From the NCBI GenBank assembly GCA_001661245.1, contig KV454012.1, positions 2,096,418 through 2,125,955 on the forward strand: a DNA stretch of 29,538 bases, read 5' to 3'. Origin of the DNA: Pachysolen tannophilus NRRL Y-2460. Lineage: Eukaryota. The notes below the pieces were generated by a model. The model saw nothing but the letters and a program-made list of their open reading frames with translations. It did not search any database and was not told the DNA's origin. A program made the translations under genes and the position numbers. Of this stretch, positions 7,559-16,734 are shown piece by piece. How positions within the stretch are numbered: the first letter of the stretch is position 1; every line of letters starts with the position of its first letter.

Positions 7559-10513
7559 ATGTCGTTTATTGCTAAGGCTTCTGGTCAACTTAGCCGTTCT
7601 GGGCAAATTGGATGTTATTCCCGGAATTTGGTGATATTCAAGTCTGTAACATTATCACCTAGGTTTTTTTCATCTTCATATCAAAAATTATCTGCTACAG
7701 TTTTATCTGGTACCAAAATTGCGAAAAAAATATGTCAGGATTCATATAGAATTATTCAAGAAAGAAGGAATGATTTCCCTAATTTTCAACCTTCATTAAC
7801 AATAATTCAAGTTGGTGATAGAAAAGATTCTTCTGCTTATGTTCGTATGAAATTAAAAGCTTCTTTTGAATCAGGTATTAAATGTGAAGTTATTAAATTA
7901 TCTGAAAATATTCCAGAGCATACTCTTTTAAATAAAATTGAAGAATTAAATAATGATATTACAGTACATGGTGTATTAATTCAATTACCTTTACCAAGAC
8001 ATATTGATGAAGTGAAAATAACTAATGCTGTATTAACTGAAAAAGATGTTGATGGATTTGATAGATATAACGTCGGTGAACTTTCTAAAAGAGGTGGAAC
8101 CCCATTATTTTTACCTTGTACTCCAAATGGTTGTATGAAATTACTCGAGGAAGCTGATATCGATTTAAAAGGTAAAAATGCGGTTGTTATTGGTAGGTCT
8201 GATATTGTTGGTACACCAGTGGCTGCATTATTAAGAAATAAAGATGCTACTGTAACAATCACACATAGATACACTGTAAATTTACCAGAAATCTTGAAGA
8301 ATGCTGACATTGTTGTTTCTGCTTGTGGTGTTGCTAATTTCGTAAAAGGGGAATGGTTGAAAAAAGGTGCTACAGTAATTGATGTTGGTATTAATTATAT
8401 ACCTGATGCTACTAAGAAATCAGGTCATAGATTAGTAGGTGATGTTGATTTTGAATCAGCTAAAGAAATTGCAGGTGTTATTACTCCTGTCCCAGGAGGA
8501 GTAGGTCCAATGACTGTTGCTATGCTTGTTAAAAATGTTTTAATTGCTGCTGAACGTTCATATACAAAACAAGCAGAACCAGTGAAAATTAATCCATTAC
8601 CATTGGAATGTTTAGATCCAGTTCCATCTGATATTGATATCTCAAGAGCTCAACTGCCTAAACATATTACAGAAATAGCACAAGAATTAGGTATTCAGGA
8701 TTCAGAAATTGAACAATATGGTCATTATAAAGCTAAAGTTTCATTAAATGTTTATAACAGATTAGAATCTAATAGAGATAATGCATACTATATTTTAGTT
8801 GCTGGAATTACACCAACTCCATTAGGTGAAGGAAAATCAACAACTACCATGGGTTTATCACAAGCATTAAATAGTCATTTAGGTTATCCAGCAATTGCTA
8901 ACGTAAGACAACCATCCATGGGACCTACATTTGGTATCAAAGGTGGTGCAGCAGGTGGCGGATATGCACAAGTTATTCCAATGGACGAATTTAACATGCA
9001 TTTGACTGGTGACATTCATGCTATTGGCGCTGCTAATAATTTATTAGCTGCTGCTGTTGATACTAGAATGTTTCACGAGGCCACACAAACCGATAAGAAT
9101 TTGTATAAGCGTTTAGTTCCTAGTAAAAAGGGGAAACGTGTTTTCACTCACTCTATGTTAAAACGTTTAGAAAAATTAGGTATTGATAAAACTGATCCAG
9201 ATTCTTTAACTGAAGAAGAAATTCTGAAATTTGCTAGGTTGGATTTAGATCCAGAATCGATCAATGTTAAAAGAGTTGTTGATGTGAATGATAGATTTTT
9301 GCGTCAAATCACAATTGGACAAGCACCAACAGAGAAAGGTTTCACCAGAAAGACAGGTTTTGATATCACTGTCGCTTCGGAAGTTATGGCAATCATGGCT
9401 TTATCTAAGGATTTGAAAGATTTAAGGGAAAGATCTGGCAAAATAGTAGTAGGTTCTTCTAGAAATGGTGTTGCTATCACAGCTGAGGATATTGGCTGTG
9501 GTGGGGCCATTGCAGCATTATTAAAAGATGCTATCAAACCAAATTTGATGCAAACTTTAGAAGGTAGTCCCGTATTCGTTCACGCGGGACCATTTGCTAA
9601 CATTTCCATTGGTGCTTCTTCTGTAATTGCAGATAAATTGGCATTGAAGTTGGCAGGTAGAACAAAGGGTACCAATTCTCCAAGAGGATTTGTTGTCACC
9701 GAAGCAGGTTTTGATTTTACAATGGGTGGTGAAAGATTTTTCAACATCAAATGTAGAGCTTCAGGTTTTAGACCAGATACTGTTGTATTAGTTGCAACTG
9801 TGAGAGCTTTAAAATTGCATGGTGGTGCTCCTGATGTTAAGCCTGGTCAACAATTACCACCTGTCTATACTGAAGAAAATGTTGAATTAGTTAAGAAAGG
9901 ATGTGCTAACTTAGCAAAACAAATAGCAAACGCTAAATCTTATGGTGTTCCAGTCGTCGTAGCCATTAATCAATTCCAAACAGACACTGTAGCTGAAATT
10001 GAAGCCATCAAAAAATTAGCAATTGAAGCTGGTGCCAGTGATGCAGTTGCTTCAAATCATTGGGCAAAAGGTGGAGAGGGTGCCATCGATTTAGCTCGTT
10101 CTGTAGCAAATACTGCGTCAACACAACCATTTAATCAAAATCCTGAATTCTTGTATGACTTGAATGGTAGTCTTGAGGAGAAATTGGAAACTATTGTTAG
10201 GAAAATGTATGGTGGTAGAGGAATAGAATTATCTCAGTTGGCTAAGGACCAAATTTTGAAATATAAGAACCAAGGTTTTGGTCATTTACCAGTTTGCATT
10301 GCCAAAACTCAATATTCTTTATCTCACGATCCTAAGTTGAAAGGTGTTCCTACAGATTTTGTTGTTCCTATAAGAGAAGTTAGATTAAGTGCGGGTGCTG
10401 GATACTTATATGCTTTAGCGGCTGAAATTATGACTATTCCAGGCCTACCAACCCACTCAGGTTTCATGAATGTAGAAGTTAATGACAAAGAAGAAATTGA
10501 AGGTCTCTTTTAG
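7559..10513 (+). CDS. MIS1: Mitochondrial C1-tetrahydrofolate synthase (trifunctional dehydrogenase/cyclohydrolase/formyl-THF synthetase)
   Basis: KDVDGF, TPVPGGVGPMTVAML, GITPTPLGEGKSTTT, GIKGGAAGGGYAQV, HAGPFANI; an Arg/Ser-rich, acid-free N-terminus from ATG 7559 (..SPRFFSSSYQKL) favours MIS1 over ADE3. Confidence 0.92.
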   Translation: MSFIAKASGQLSRSGQIGCYSRNLVIFKSVTLSPRFFSSSYQKLSATVLSGTKIAKKICQDSYRIIQERRNDFPNFQPSLTIIQVGDRKDSSAYVRMKLKASFESGIKCEVIKLSENIPEHTLLNKIEELNNDITVHGVLIQLPLPRHIDEVKITNAVLTEKDVDGFDRYNVGELSKRGGTPLFLPCTPNGCMKLLEEADIDLKGKNAVVIGRSDIVGTPVAALLRNKDATVTITHRYTVNLPEILKNADIVVSACGVANFVKGEWLKKGATVIDVGINYIPDATKKSGHRLVGDVDFESAKEIAGVITPVPGGVGPMTVAMLVKNVLIAAERSYTKQAEPVKINPLPLECLDPVPSDIDISRAQLPKHITEIAQELGIQDSEIEQYGHYKAKVSLNVYNRLESNRDNAYYILVAGITPTPLGEGKSTTTMGLSQALNSHLGYPAIANVRQPSMGPTFGIKGGAAGGGYAQVIPMDEFNMHLTGDIHAIGAANNLLAAAVDTRMFHEATQTDKNLYKRLVPSKKGKRVFTHSMLKRLEKLGIDKTDPDSLTEEEILKFARLDLDPESINVKRVVDVNDRFLRQITIGQAPTEKGFTRKTGFDITVASEVMAIMALSKDLKDLRERSGKIVVGSSRNGVAITAEDIGCGGAIAALLKDAIKPNLMQTLEGSPVFVHAGPFANISIGASSVIADKLALKLAGRTKGTNSPRGFVVTEAGFDFTMGGERFFNIKCRASGFRPDTVVLVATVRALKLHGGAPDVKPGQQLPPVYTEENVELVKKGCANLAKQIANAKSYGVPVVVAINQFQTDTVAEIEAIKKLAIEAGASDAVASNHWAKGGEGAIDLARSVANTASTQPFNQNPEFLYDLNGSLEEKLETIVRKMYGGRGIELSQLAKDQILKYKNQGFGHLPVCIAKTQYSLSHDPKLKGVPTDFVVPIREVRLSAGAGYLYALAAEIMTIPGLPTHSGFMNVEVNDKEEIEGLF

Positions 10514-10802
10514 GTTCTGAAAATAAAAGTTATAAACATAAACATATAGAAAGGTATATATATGTGGTCTCACAAAACTTAGATTTGTTACTTATATATT
10601 GGGTTTTTGAATTAGTTTTTGTATTTTTTGTTTTGAATCTAAAGATAACTTATAGATAATAAAATATATTTTGTTTCAAAAGATAACTACCATTCAAAGT
10701 GATTTGCAATATAGAATATTTTTGAGAGAATAATGTGAAATGAAAATAAGCATCAAAAGTAATAAAACATTAAAAAAGATTAAAATGATTATATAACGGG
10801 TA

Positions 10803-10828
10803 GAGCCCCATGAGCGAGCCCCATGAGC
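10803..10828. repeat. 13-bp tandem duplication GAGCCCCATGAGC x2 abutting the STE50 stop codon
   Basis: Read directly at 10803-10815 and 10816-10828. Confidence 0.9.
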
Positions 10829-11129
10829 TAAATTCGTCCCCCAGGAGTACCATTAGAATTATCATCATCATTGTAGTCTATTTGCCTCAACATAATGGCA
10901 GGATGCTGTCCTTGTTCCCGAAGTTCTCGGAAAATAACAACTGGTTTTTCATCCAAGTCTAGAATTCTTTCTTGATCACCATAACAGATGACTAATGCGT
11001 ACTTTCTCCAATCATCATTAACAATACCATGTCTACGCATGGCATGCTGTAAAATCCTATAACAAGGGTCATCAGTTTTGGCACGTAATTGTTTTAGAGG
11101 CTCTGAAGAGTGCTGCTGCTGTAATTGTG

Positions 11130-11166
<37 letters not shown>

Positions 11167-12141
11167 CTGCTGTTGCTGCTGTTGTTGTTGTTGTTGTTGT
11201 AAGCGAGAGGTCGATGTGGTTAGTAACAGTTGAGACGGCGTCTTTGACAACTGGGGAATCTGTGTGGGTGTTAAATTAGTTGGTGATGTCACAATTGTAG
11301 TTGTGGAAGTTGAAGAAGAAGGTACATTACGTTCTGTTGGTGATAAAAATGTAGATTTTCTCTTGGCCGATGAGGTATTGACTGACCTAGAGGAATTATT
11401 ATTAATAGTAACGTATTGTGTAAGTCCAGGCTTCTCACTACTTGGTGGTGGGGAAACCATGGAGGAACTGGATTCATGCATTGTAGGACTAACAGTATTT
11501 TTCGTTGGGGATGAAGCAGAGTTGGGTTGAGAGTTACTGTTGCTGGAACTTACATATACATTTGCAAAATTTGCAACTTCCGGGGTGGGTAAAGGTTTAT
11601 GATCTTTAATCCATTTGAAAATCGGTAAAAGGTCTTCTCTTAACTTTTGAAATTGATCACCTAATCTCTTATAGTCTCCACCAACACCCTCAAGGTTATT
11701 ATTGGTCGAATCTTTACTATTCAATGCTAATGCTAAATTCTCCGTTACAGATTCCAATATAGTTATTGAACGTTGTAAAGAATCAAAATCTAATGACTCT
11801 GCTGGTATACTTTTAGAATTTATGCTATTTTTAACCAAGATCATATCTATGTTTCTTTTCAATATTAGTCTTGTCTTCAACGTTGTTACACCAATTTCCA
11901 GTAAAGTCTCCAAGTTCAAATACGGTAACACGTATCCTGTTATATTATGATTTTTAAAACTTTCCAATATTTCATTCGTAATCGTTGATTCCGGAATAGT
12001 TGATAACCAAGAAATGACATCGTCATTACTCCAACTGACAACATCCTGCTTCAACACAAACGTATCACCATGAGTCCCATTTATTTCTTCTTTCGAGTCA
12101 TTTAAGAGTGTCTGACTGGCACTGGATTCACTGGCTGACAT
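10828..12141 (-). CDS. STE50: MAPK adaptor Ste50 (N-terminal SAM, C-terminal Ras-association domain)
   Basis: [53 protein letters not shown] domain [45 protein letters not shown]; ends in PGGRI. Confidence 0.93.
11131..11199 (-). repeat. CAA/CAG trinucleotide tract encoding Q23 in Ste50
   Basis: 69 nt of TTG/CTG units on the + strand. Confidence 0.95.
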
Positions 12142-12390
12142 CTTATAACCATATGTGACAGTTGAAATTTAACAATTTTTCGAAATGCAAAATAGTTGAT
12201 GAAATTTTACTTTCTAAATATGTTTAATTTTTGAAAGATAACCAGCCCGCTTGCGTTAGTGTCTGCTTCTAGGCCCTCTTTTTTTTTTTTTCAGGGTTCC
12301 AGAGCTCCAAAGTTCTAGGCACTCCTGCAGAAAAAGGGCAGTCATCTTTACAAGGTGGGCGGTCAAGACAACTTAAAGATACACCAGGGT

Positions 12391-12469
12391 GGTGTCAGTG
12401 GTGTCGATCTGGTGTTGATCTGGTGTCGGTGGTGCAGATGGTGCAGATGGTGCAGATGGTGTAAGGTGT
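12391..12469 (+). repeat. Array of nine GGTGY cores, including (GGTGCAGAT)x3
   Basis: GGTGY at 12391, 12400, 12411, 12422, 12431, 12440, 12449, 12458 and 12465. Confidence 0.85.
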
Positions 12470-12599
12470 TTTACAGTATGAGAGAATACTATTGATTACT
12501 TTGAACAGACTTGAAACCTCATGTATACACACTATAGGCGACAGAGAATTAAAAATATAACAAGAGGAAAGAAACAAAAAGGTAAAAGAAAGATAAAAC

Positions 12600-14720
12600 C
12601 TATTTACCAGAAGTAGAAGTAGAGCAACAGCTGGCTTTTGATGAAATATCATTAAAAGCCAATCTTGAAGTCTTGTCATGCGAGGAGTCTACCTCAATAG
12701 AACCAGAATTTCTTGCCTCTGAAGTAGTCATTGCATGAGAAGGAACGATATCCAAAGTTGGATTTTCTAAGAAGAAGTTTCTTGGTCTCAACAATAGCGA
12801 GATCGGCTCAACTGGCATAACAGGGAAATCTTCTGGAGCTGGGAAATGACTTATACCAAAAGTATGGTATAAAAGAATATCAGTATTTTCAATGTTATCA
12901 GTTCCATCACCGATCCAATCTCTCATACCAACCATACCATCACCGGACCATTGGCAAACGTGGTCACCTGATGGATAAATTCTACCTTCTTTGTATTGCA
13001 CAACCTGTACAGTTTGACTAGCCCAAGGAGCTCTCTTGGACACTAAGGAACCAGGTTTGGCTAAAAGAGGTGGACACATGGTTGAAACTAACTTGTAAGA
13101 TGAAGGCTTACCAGAATAAGGATGGATCACGCTTGGGTTAAAAATATCCCATGACCTCCCAGTTGAAGACTCGTAGTTTGTTAAAGAATCTGCCACAGTC
13201 TTGAATGTAGTCTTTTTCGCATAAAATCCATTACCATACATATTTTCTGGAGAAGATAAAGGATAAGGTGATGGAGACGCATCAATCAGCGCAACAGAAT
13301 TTCCCTGATCACCATCCAATCTTGGGTGGATTCTTAATGCAAACAAATGCTGATGATTATGAGCATTGACATTTGGGTAAACTCTTGTACCCCAAGGACC
13401 AGCATCTTCTCCATCTGCTAAAACATAAGTGTTTAATATACCAGTTAACCTAATATCCAATTTGATAGTTCCATCCTGTATAAAATTCCAATATATACAG
13501 TACTCATAATTTGAAGCAGTAAATATTTGAGAAACAACCAATTTAGTGGATCTAGTGACAATGGATGTAGCAAATGAGTCTCTAAAATCTGAATGTTTAA
13601 ACAATAGACCATCATCTTCCTCATGGATACAAATAGCATTTTTGATAGTAATTGGATCACCTTCTCTATCAGAAAAATGAGCATTCAAGTAATGAATGAC
13701 ACCTTTACAATCACACCCTAAGGATAAGGAATTCGCCATATAACCTGCACCATATTCACCAATATCCAAAGCATGTTTTCTATGATGAGGAAAATCTGGT
13801 GAACCATATGGTACAATCATCTCTGATAAAGACAATCTATGGAAAATTGGTCTTACTTTACCATGATCATTATAAGAAATATCTGACAAAATGATACCTT
13901 CCCTGTAATTGAAACCAATGTGGAATTTAAAATTTGACCATTCCAAGACATTACCATCGACTTTAAAAGAAACGCCTTCTGGTTGAGTAATGTTTATTGG
14001 TTTTGCATCAGTTCTCATTGATCCATACTTTGCAATAACGTTTTTTGGGTAAAAATTTGCATGAGGATATTTACTTAATGGACGACGACGATTTGGAATA
14101 TCAATATAAATAACTTTTTTATTTTCAAAATCAACAATTGGACAAAAATCCAATGGATGTGAATAATGAGAATCATCTTCATTGGATCTATAATAAACCA
14201 AAGTTTGCTGTAATCTCTTAGCGGCACCCCATCTTTCATCATAACCGATAGCCCAAGGATCACAATAAATTTTATGCATTTGATCTTTTGGAACTCCTGA
14301 AATAACACATTGCTCAATAACGCTTGGATCGGCTCTAATAATATCTTGAGTACTTTGCATATCTTCAACAGTTAAACTTGGTTGAACACCAGTAGTTTTC
14401 CTCAATTCAACAACAACAAGTGAACCAAGATCAACAACACCTTCTTGAATACCATCAACGTTTTCTTGTAATATAACAAAATAAGCCAAACGAGGAGGTA
14501 ATGGTCCATTTTGCTCTTTCCATTCTATATATATTGTCTTTGCAGGTTCTCTAAGAGTAACTGTATTAAAAGCAATACGACTTGATCCATATTTTGACTT
14601 GACCAAATTAGTAACGGCTTTTATCTCTAAAGGCGATAATGGATCCAAAGGGTGCGCCGGTCTTGGCGGAGGTGAAATAGATTCACCTGCTTGAGATGCA
14701 ATTTGTCCTAATCGTTCCAT
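12600..14720 (-). CDS. AMO1: Peroxisomal copper-containing primary amine (methylamine) oxidase
   Basis: Closely follows the recalled Ogataea (Hansenula) polymorpha AMO; topaquinone motif NYEY; Cu ligands HQH and distal H in SHF; PTS2-like RLGQIASQA after ATG 14720. Confidence 0.95.
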   Translation of the reverse strand: MERLGQIASQAGESISPPPRPAHPLDPLSPLEIKAVTNLVKSKYGSSRIAFNTVTLREPAKTIYIEWKEQNGPLPPRLAYFVILQENVDGIQEGVVDLGSLVVVELRKTTGVQPSLTVEDMQSTQDIIRADPSVIEQCVISGVPKDQMHKIYCDPWAIGYDERWGAAKRLQQTLVYYRSNEDDSHYSHPLDFCPIVDFENKKVIYIDIPNRRRPLSKYPHANFYPKNVIAKYGSMRTDAKPINITQPEGVSFKVDGNVLEWSNFKFHIGFNYREGIILSDISYNDHGKVRPIFHRLSLSEMIVPYGSPDFPHHRKHALDIGEYGAGYMANSLSLGCDCKGVIHYLNAHFSDREGDPITIKNAICIHEEDDGLLFKHSDFRDSFATSIVTRSTKLVVSQIFTASNYEYCIYWNFIQDGTIKLDIRLTGILNTYVLADGEDAGPWGTRVYPNVNAHNHQHLFALRIHPRLDGDQGNSVALIDASPSPYPLSSPENMYGNGFYAKKTTFKTVADSLTNYESSTGRSWDIFNPSVIHPYSGKPSSYKLVSTMCPPLLAKPGSLVSKRAPWASQTVQVVQYKEGRIYPSGDHVCQWSGDGMVGMRDWIGDGTDNIENTDILLYHTFGISHFPAPEDFPVMPVEPISLLLRPRNFFLENPTLDIVPSHAMTTSEARNSGSIEVDSSHDKTSRLAFNDISSKASCCSTSTSGK

Positions 14721-14785
14721 CCCTGACACAATCACAACAAAAAAAAATTTTTATTTTCTTTATCTCTTTTTTTGCTTTTTCTTCA

Positions 14786-14817
14786 AATTGTCAATTCAAT
14801 TGATTGAATTGACAATT
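14786..14817. repeat. Perfect 15-bp inverted repeat with a 2-nt spacer upstream of AMO1
   Basis: AATTGTCAATTCAAT-TG-ATTGAATTGACAATT. Confidence 0.9.
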
Positions 14818-14889
14818 ACAAAAAACAAAAAAAATTAATAAAATACCTTGTTCTCTTATATAACTATTATTCTACTTTTTAAATAAATA

Positions 14890-15189
14890 CTTATCTTACA
14901 TTCTGTTTATCTATGCTGCACTATCTCTGGAAATGTTTATGCAGCTTTAAAAACTTAAACACATTATCTGGTACTAAAGAAAGTGTACCCAGTTTCCTAA
15001 TATAGTAGCAACGAGCAACGGGTAACCGGGCAATTTCCTGAGCTACCGCCAAATAAAAGCTACAATTCTCGCTGAGTTTCTTCTTTTAACGTAATCTACG
15101 GGGAACAATATTGTTTCGAAAACTTCTCCTCTTTCTCTTCTTATCAGTTAATAATGTCCCAAAAGAAAAGAAAAGAAGAATCTCTTATC
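14890..15189 (-). promoter_or_regulatory. Cluster of GATAA(G) nitrogen-regulation sites upstream of AMO1
   Basis: CTTATC at 14890, 15140 and 15184; TTATC at 14907 and 14964; all in the same orientation; TATATAAG (- strand) at about 14855-14862. Confidence 0.55.
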
Positions 15190-15424
15190 TCCGAAAAAAA
15201 AGTGGGACATAAAGGTCGTTTGCGGACAAAAAGATTGGATGCCTGAGTAACAGGTACTGGTACTGGTTCTATTTGTAATAGATTTGTAGCCACAATTCCT
15301 TGGGGGTGGCTACTGCACCCTATGATTTTGACTGGGGTATAAGAAGGTGTTTATTTGTATATATGTTTGTTTCAATTTCCTTCTGATTCTGTGTAATTTT
15401 GAAAGGAGATAGGATAGGAGAGCA

Positions 15425-16654
15425 ATGGCAAATGAAGAATTGTTGTTCATCTATAAAGATGATGGTACTGGTGTTTCTACGTTGTTATGTATTGAGTCCA
15501 CAGATACAAGTTATGAGTTAAAGGAGAAAGTTTTGGAAAATGTACCTGAAGATTCTAAGGTTCCTGAGGTTCCTGAAGTTCCTGTGGTTTTGTCATCAAG
15601 CTTACCGGCTCAGTTTAAGCAAGATAATTTGGTGGTTATTGATTCGGTGAATTCAGGTACTGGTCGATCTGAATTTGAAAAAGATTTATACTCGAAAATA
15701 TTGGGTCCGATATTGAAAAAACTTGGTATAAGTCATACATACTTCAAGACAACATCTTCTTCTTCAATTTCAGAATTTGCAAAATCTATTGAATTGAATC
15801 ATCAATCTTATTTGATTATTTTCATCTCTGGGGATACTTCTATTAATGAATTTTTAAATAGTCTTCCCATTCTGGTTAATAATAACATCAATACACCTCT
15901 ATATATTGCAAATATTTCTGCTGGTACAGGAAATGCATTAATGAGTTCTTTAGGGGCAAATTCTCCAATTCAATGTATTCAACAATTATTTGTTGGTTCT
16001 CCATCAAAATTTCATCTTTATGAAACTCAATTTAAACCTTCTGGTGGTTTAAATTTACAAAATAATCAAATTGTTTCTAAAATGCTTTTTTTCGCTGTCA
16101 CATCATGGTGCTTCCATAGTTCTTTAGTTGCTGATAGTGATACACCTGAGTTACGTAAATTAGGAGTTTCAAGATTTGGAGTTGCAGCACAACAAAATTT
16201 AGAAAAAGAACAACGTTATGATGGTGATTTAAAAATTTCCAATTTTAAAGATAAAACCATTATTTCAGAAATTAATGGTCCATATTCATATTTGGTAATA
16301 ACACCTTTAACAAATTTTGAAGAAAAATTTAAGATTTCACCCTTGGGAAATGTCAAAGAAAATTCTTTATATATAATTGAACTTGGCTTCCAACAAGATA
16401 ACAATGTTCTTCTTGATGTGATGAAAGAAGTTTATGATAATGGCTCTCACATAAAGGATGAAAAGGTAAATTATTTAAAAGTTGAAGATGGCAAAGAAAT
16501 TCATTTAAAAATTAACTCTACTGAAGATTCAAAGTTAAGATTTTGCGTTGATGGAACAATAATCAAATTGATTCATGATACTGATGAAAATTTAGAACTT
16601 GTTATTAAAGGAGGAGTAGAATTGCCAGGTTGGGATTTATTTTTAGTTGTTTGA
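15425..16654 (+). CDS. Diacylglycerol/sphingosine-kinase catalytic-domain family protein
   Basis: VVIDSVNSGTG, IIFISGDTSINEFLN, ISAGTGNAL, SWCFHSSLVADSD..RKLGVSRF, FCVDG. Confidence 0.8.
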   Translation: MANEELLFIYKDDGTGVSTLLCIESTDTSYELKEKVLENVPEDSKVPEVPEVPVVLSSSLPAQFKQDNLVVIDSVNSGTGRSEFEKDLYSKILGPILKKLGISHTYFKTTSSSSISEFAKSIELNHQSYLIIFISGDTSINEFLNSLPILVNNNINTPLYIANISAGTGNALMSSLGANSPIQCIQQLFVGSPSKFHLYETQFKPSGGLNLQNNQIVSKMLFFAVTSWCFHSSLVADSDTPELRKLGVSRFGVAAQQNLEKEQRYDGDLKISNFKDKTIISEINGPYSYLVITPLTNFEEKFKISPLGNVKENSLYIIELGFQQDNNVLLDVMKEVYDNGSHIKDEKVNYLKVEDGKEIHLKINSTEDSKLRFCVDGTIIKLIHDTDENLELVIKGGVELPGWDLFLVV

Positions 16655-16734
16655 ATAATATAAACTAAATAAATACACACATATATATATATACATAGAT
16701 ACATATTTTTTATGCGTATTTTTTTTTTTTTTTT

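Noticed and set aside
10789..10830. Stop-codon read-through of STE50 (TAG-CTC, would add LMGLAHGALPVI)
   Set aside because: Not a known strong read-through context and no targeting signal in the extension
12391..12469. CRISPR-like interpretation of the GGTGY array
   Set aside because: Eukaryotic locus; units are only 7-11 bp, with no unique spacers and no cas genes
12395..12679. 94-aa ORF with TICTICTICT
   Set aside because: By-product of the GGTGCAGAT repeat; overlaps the AMO1 3' end out of frame
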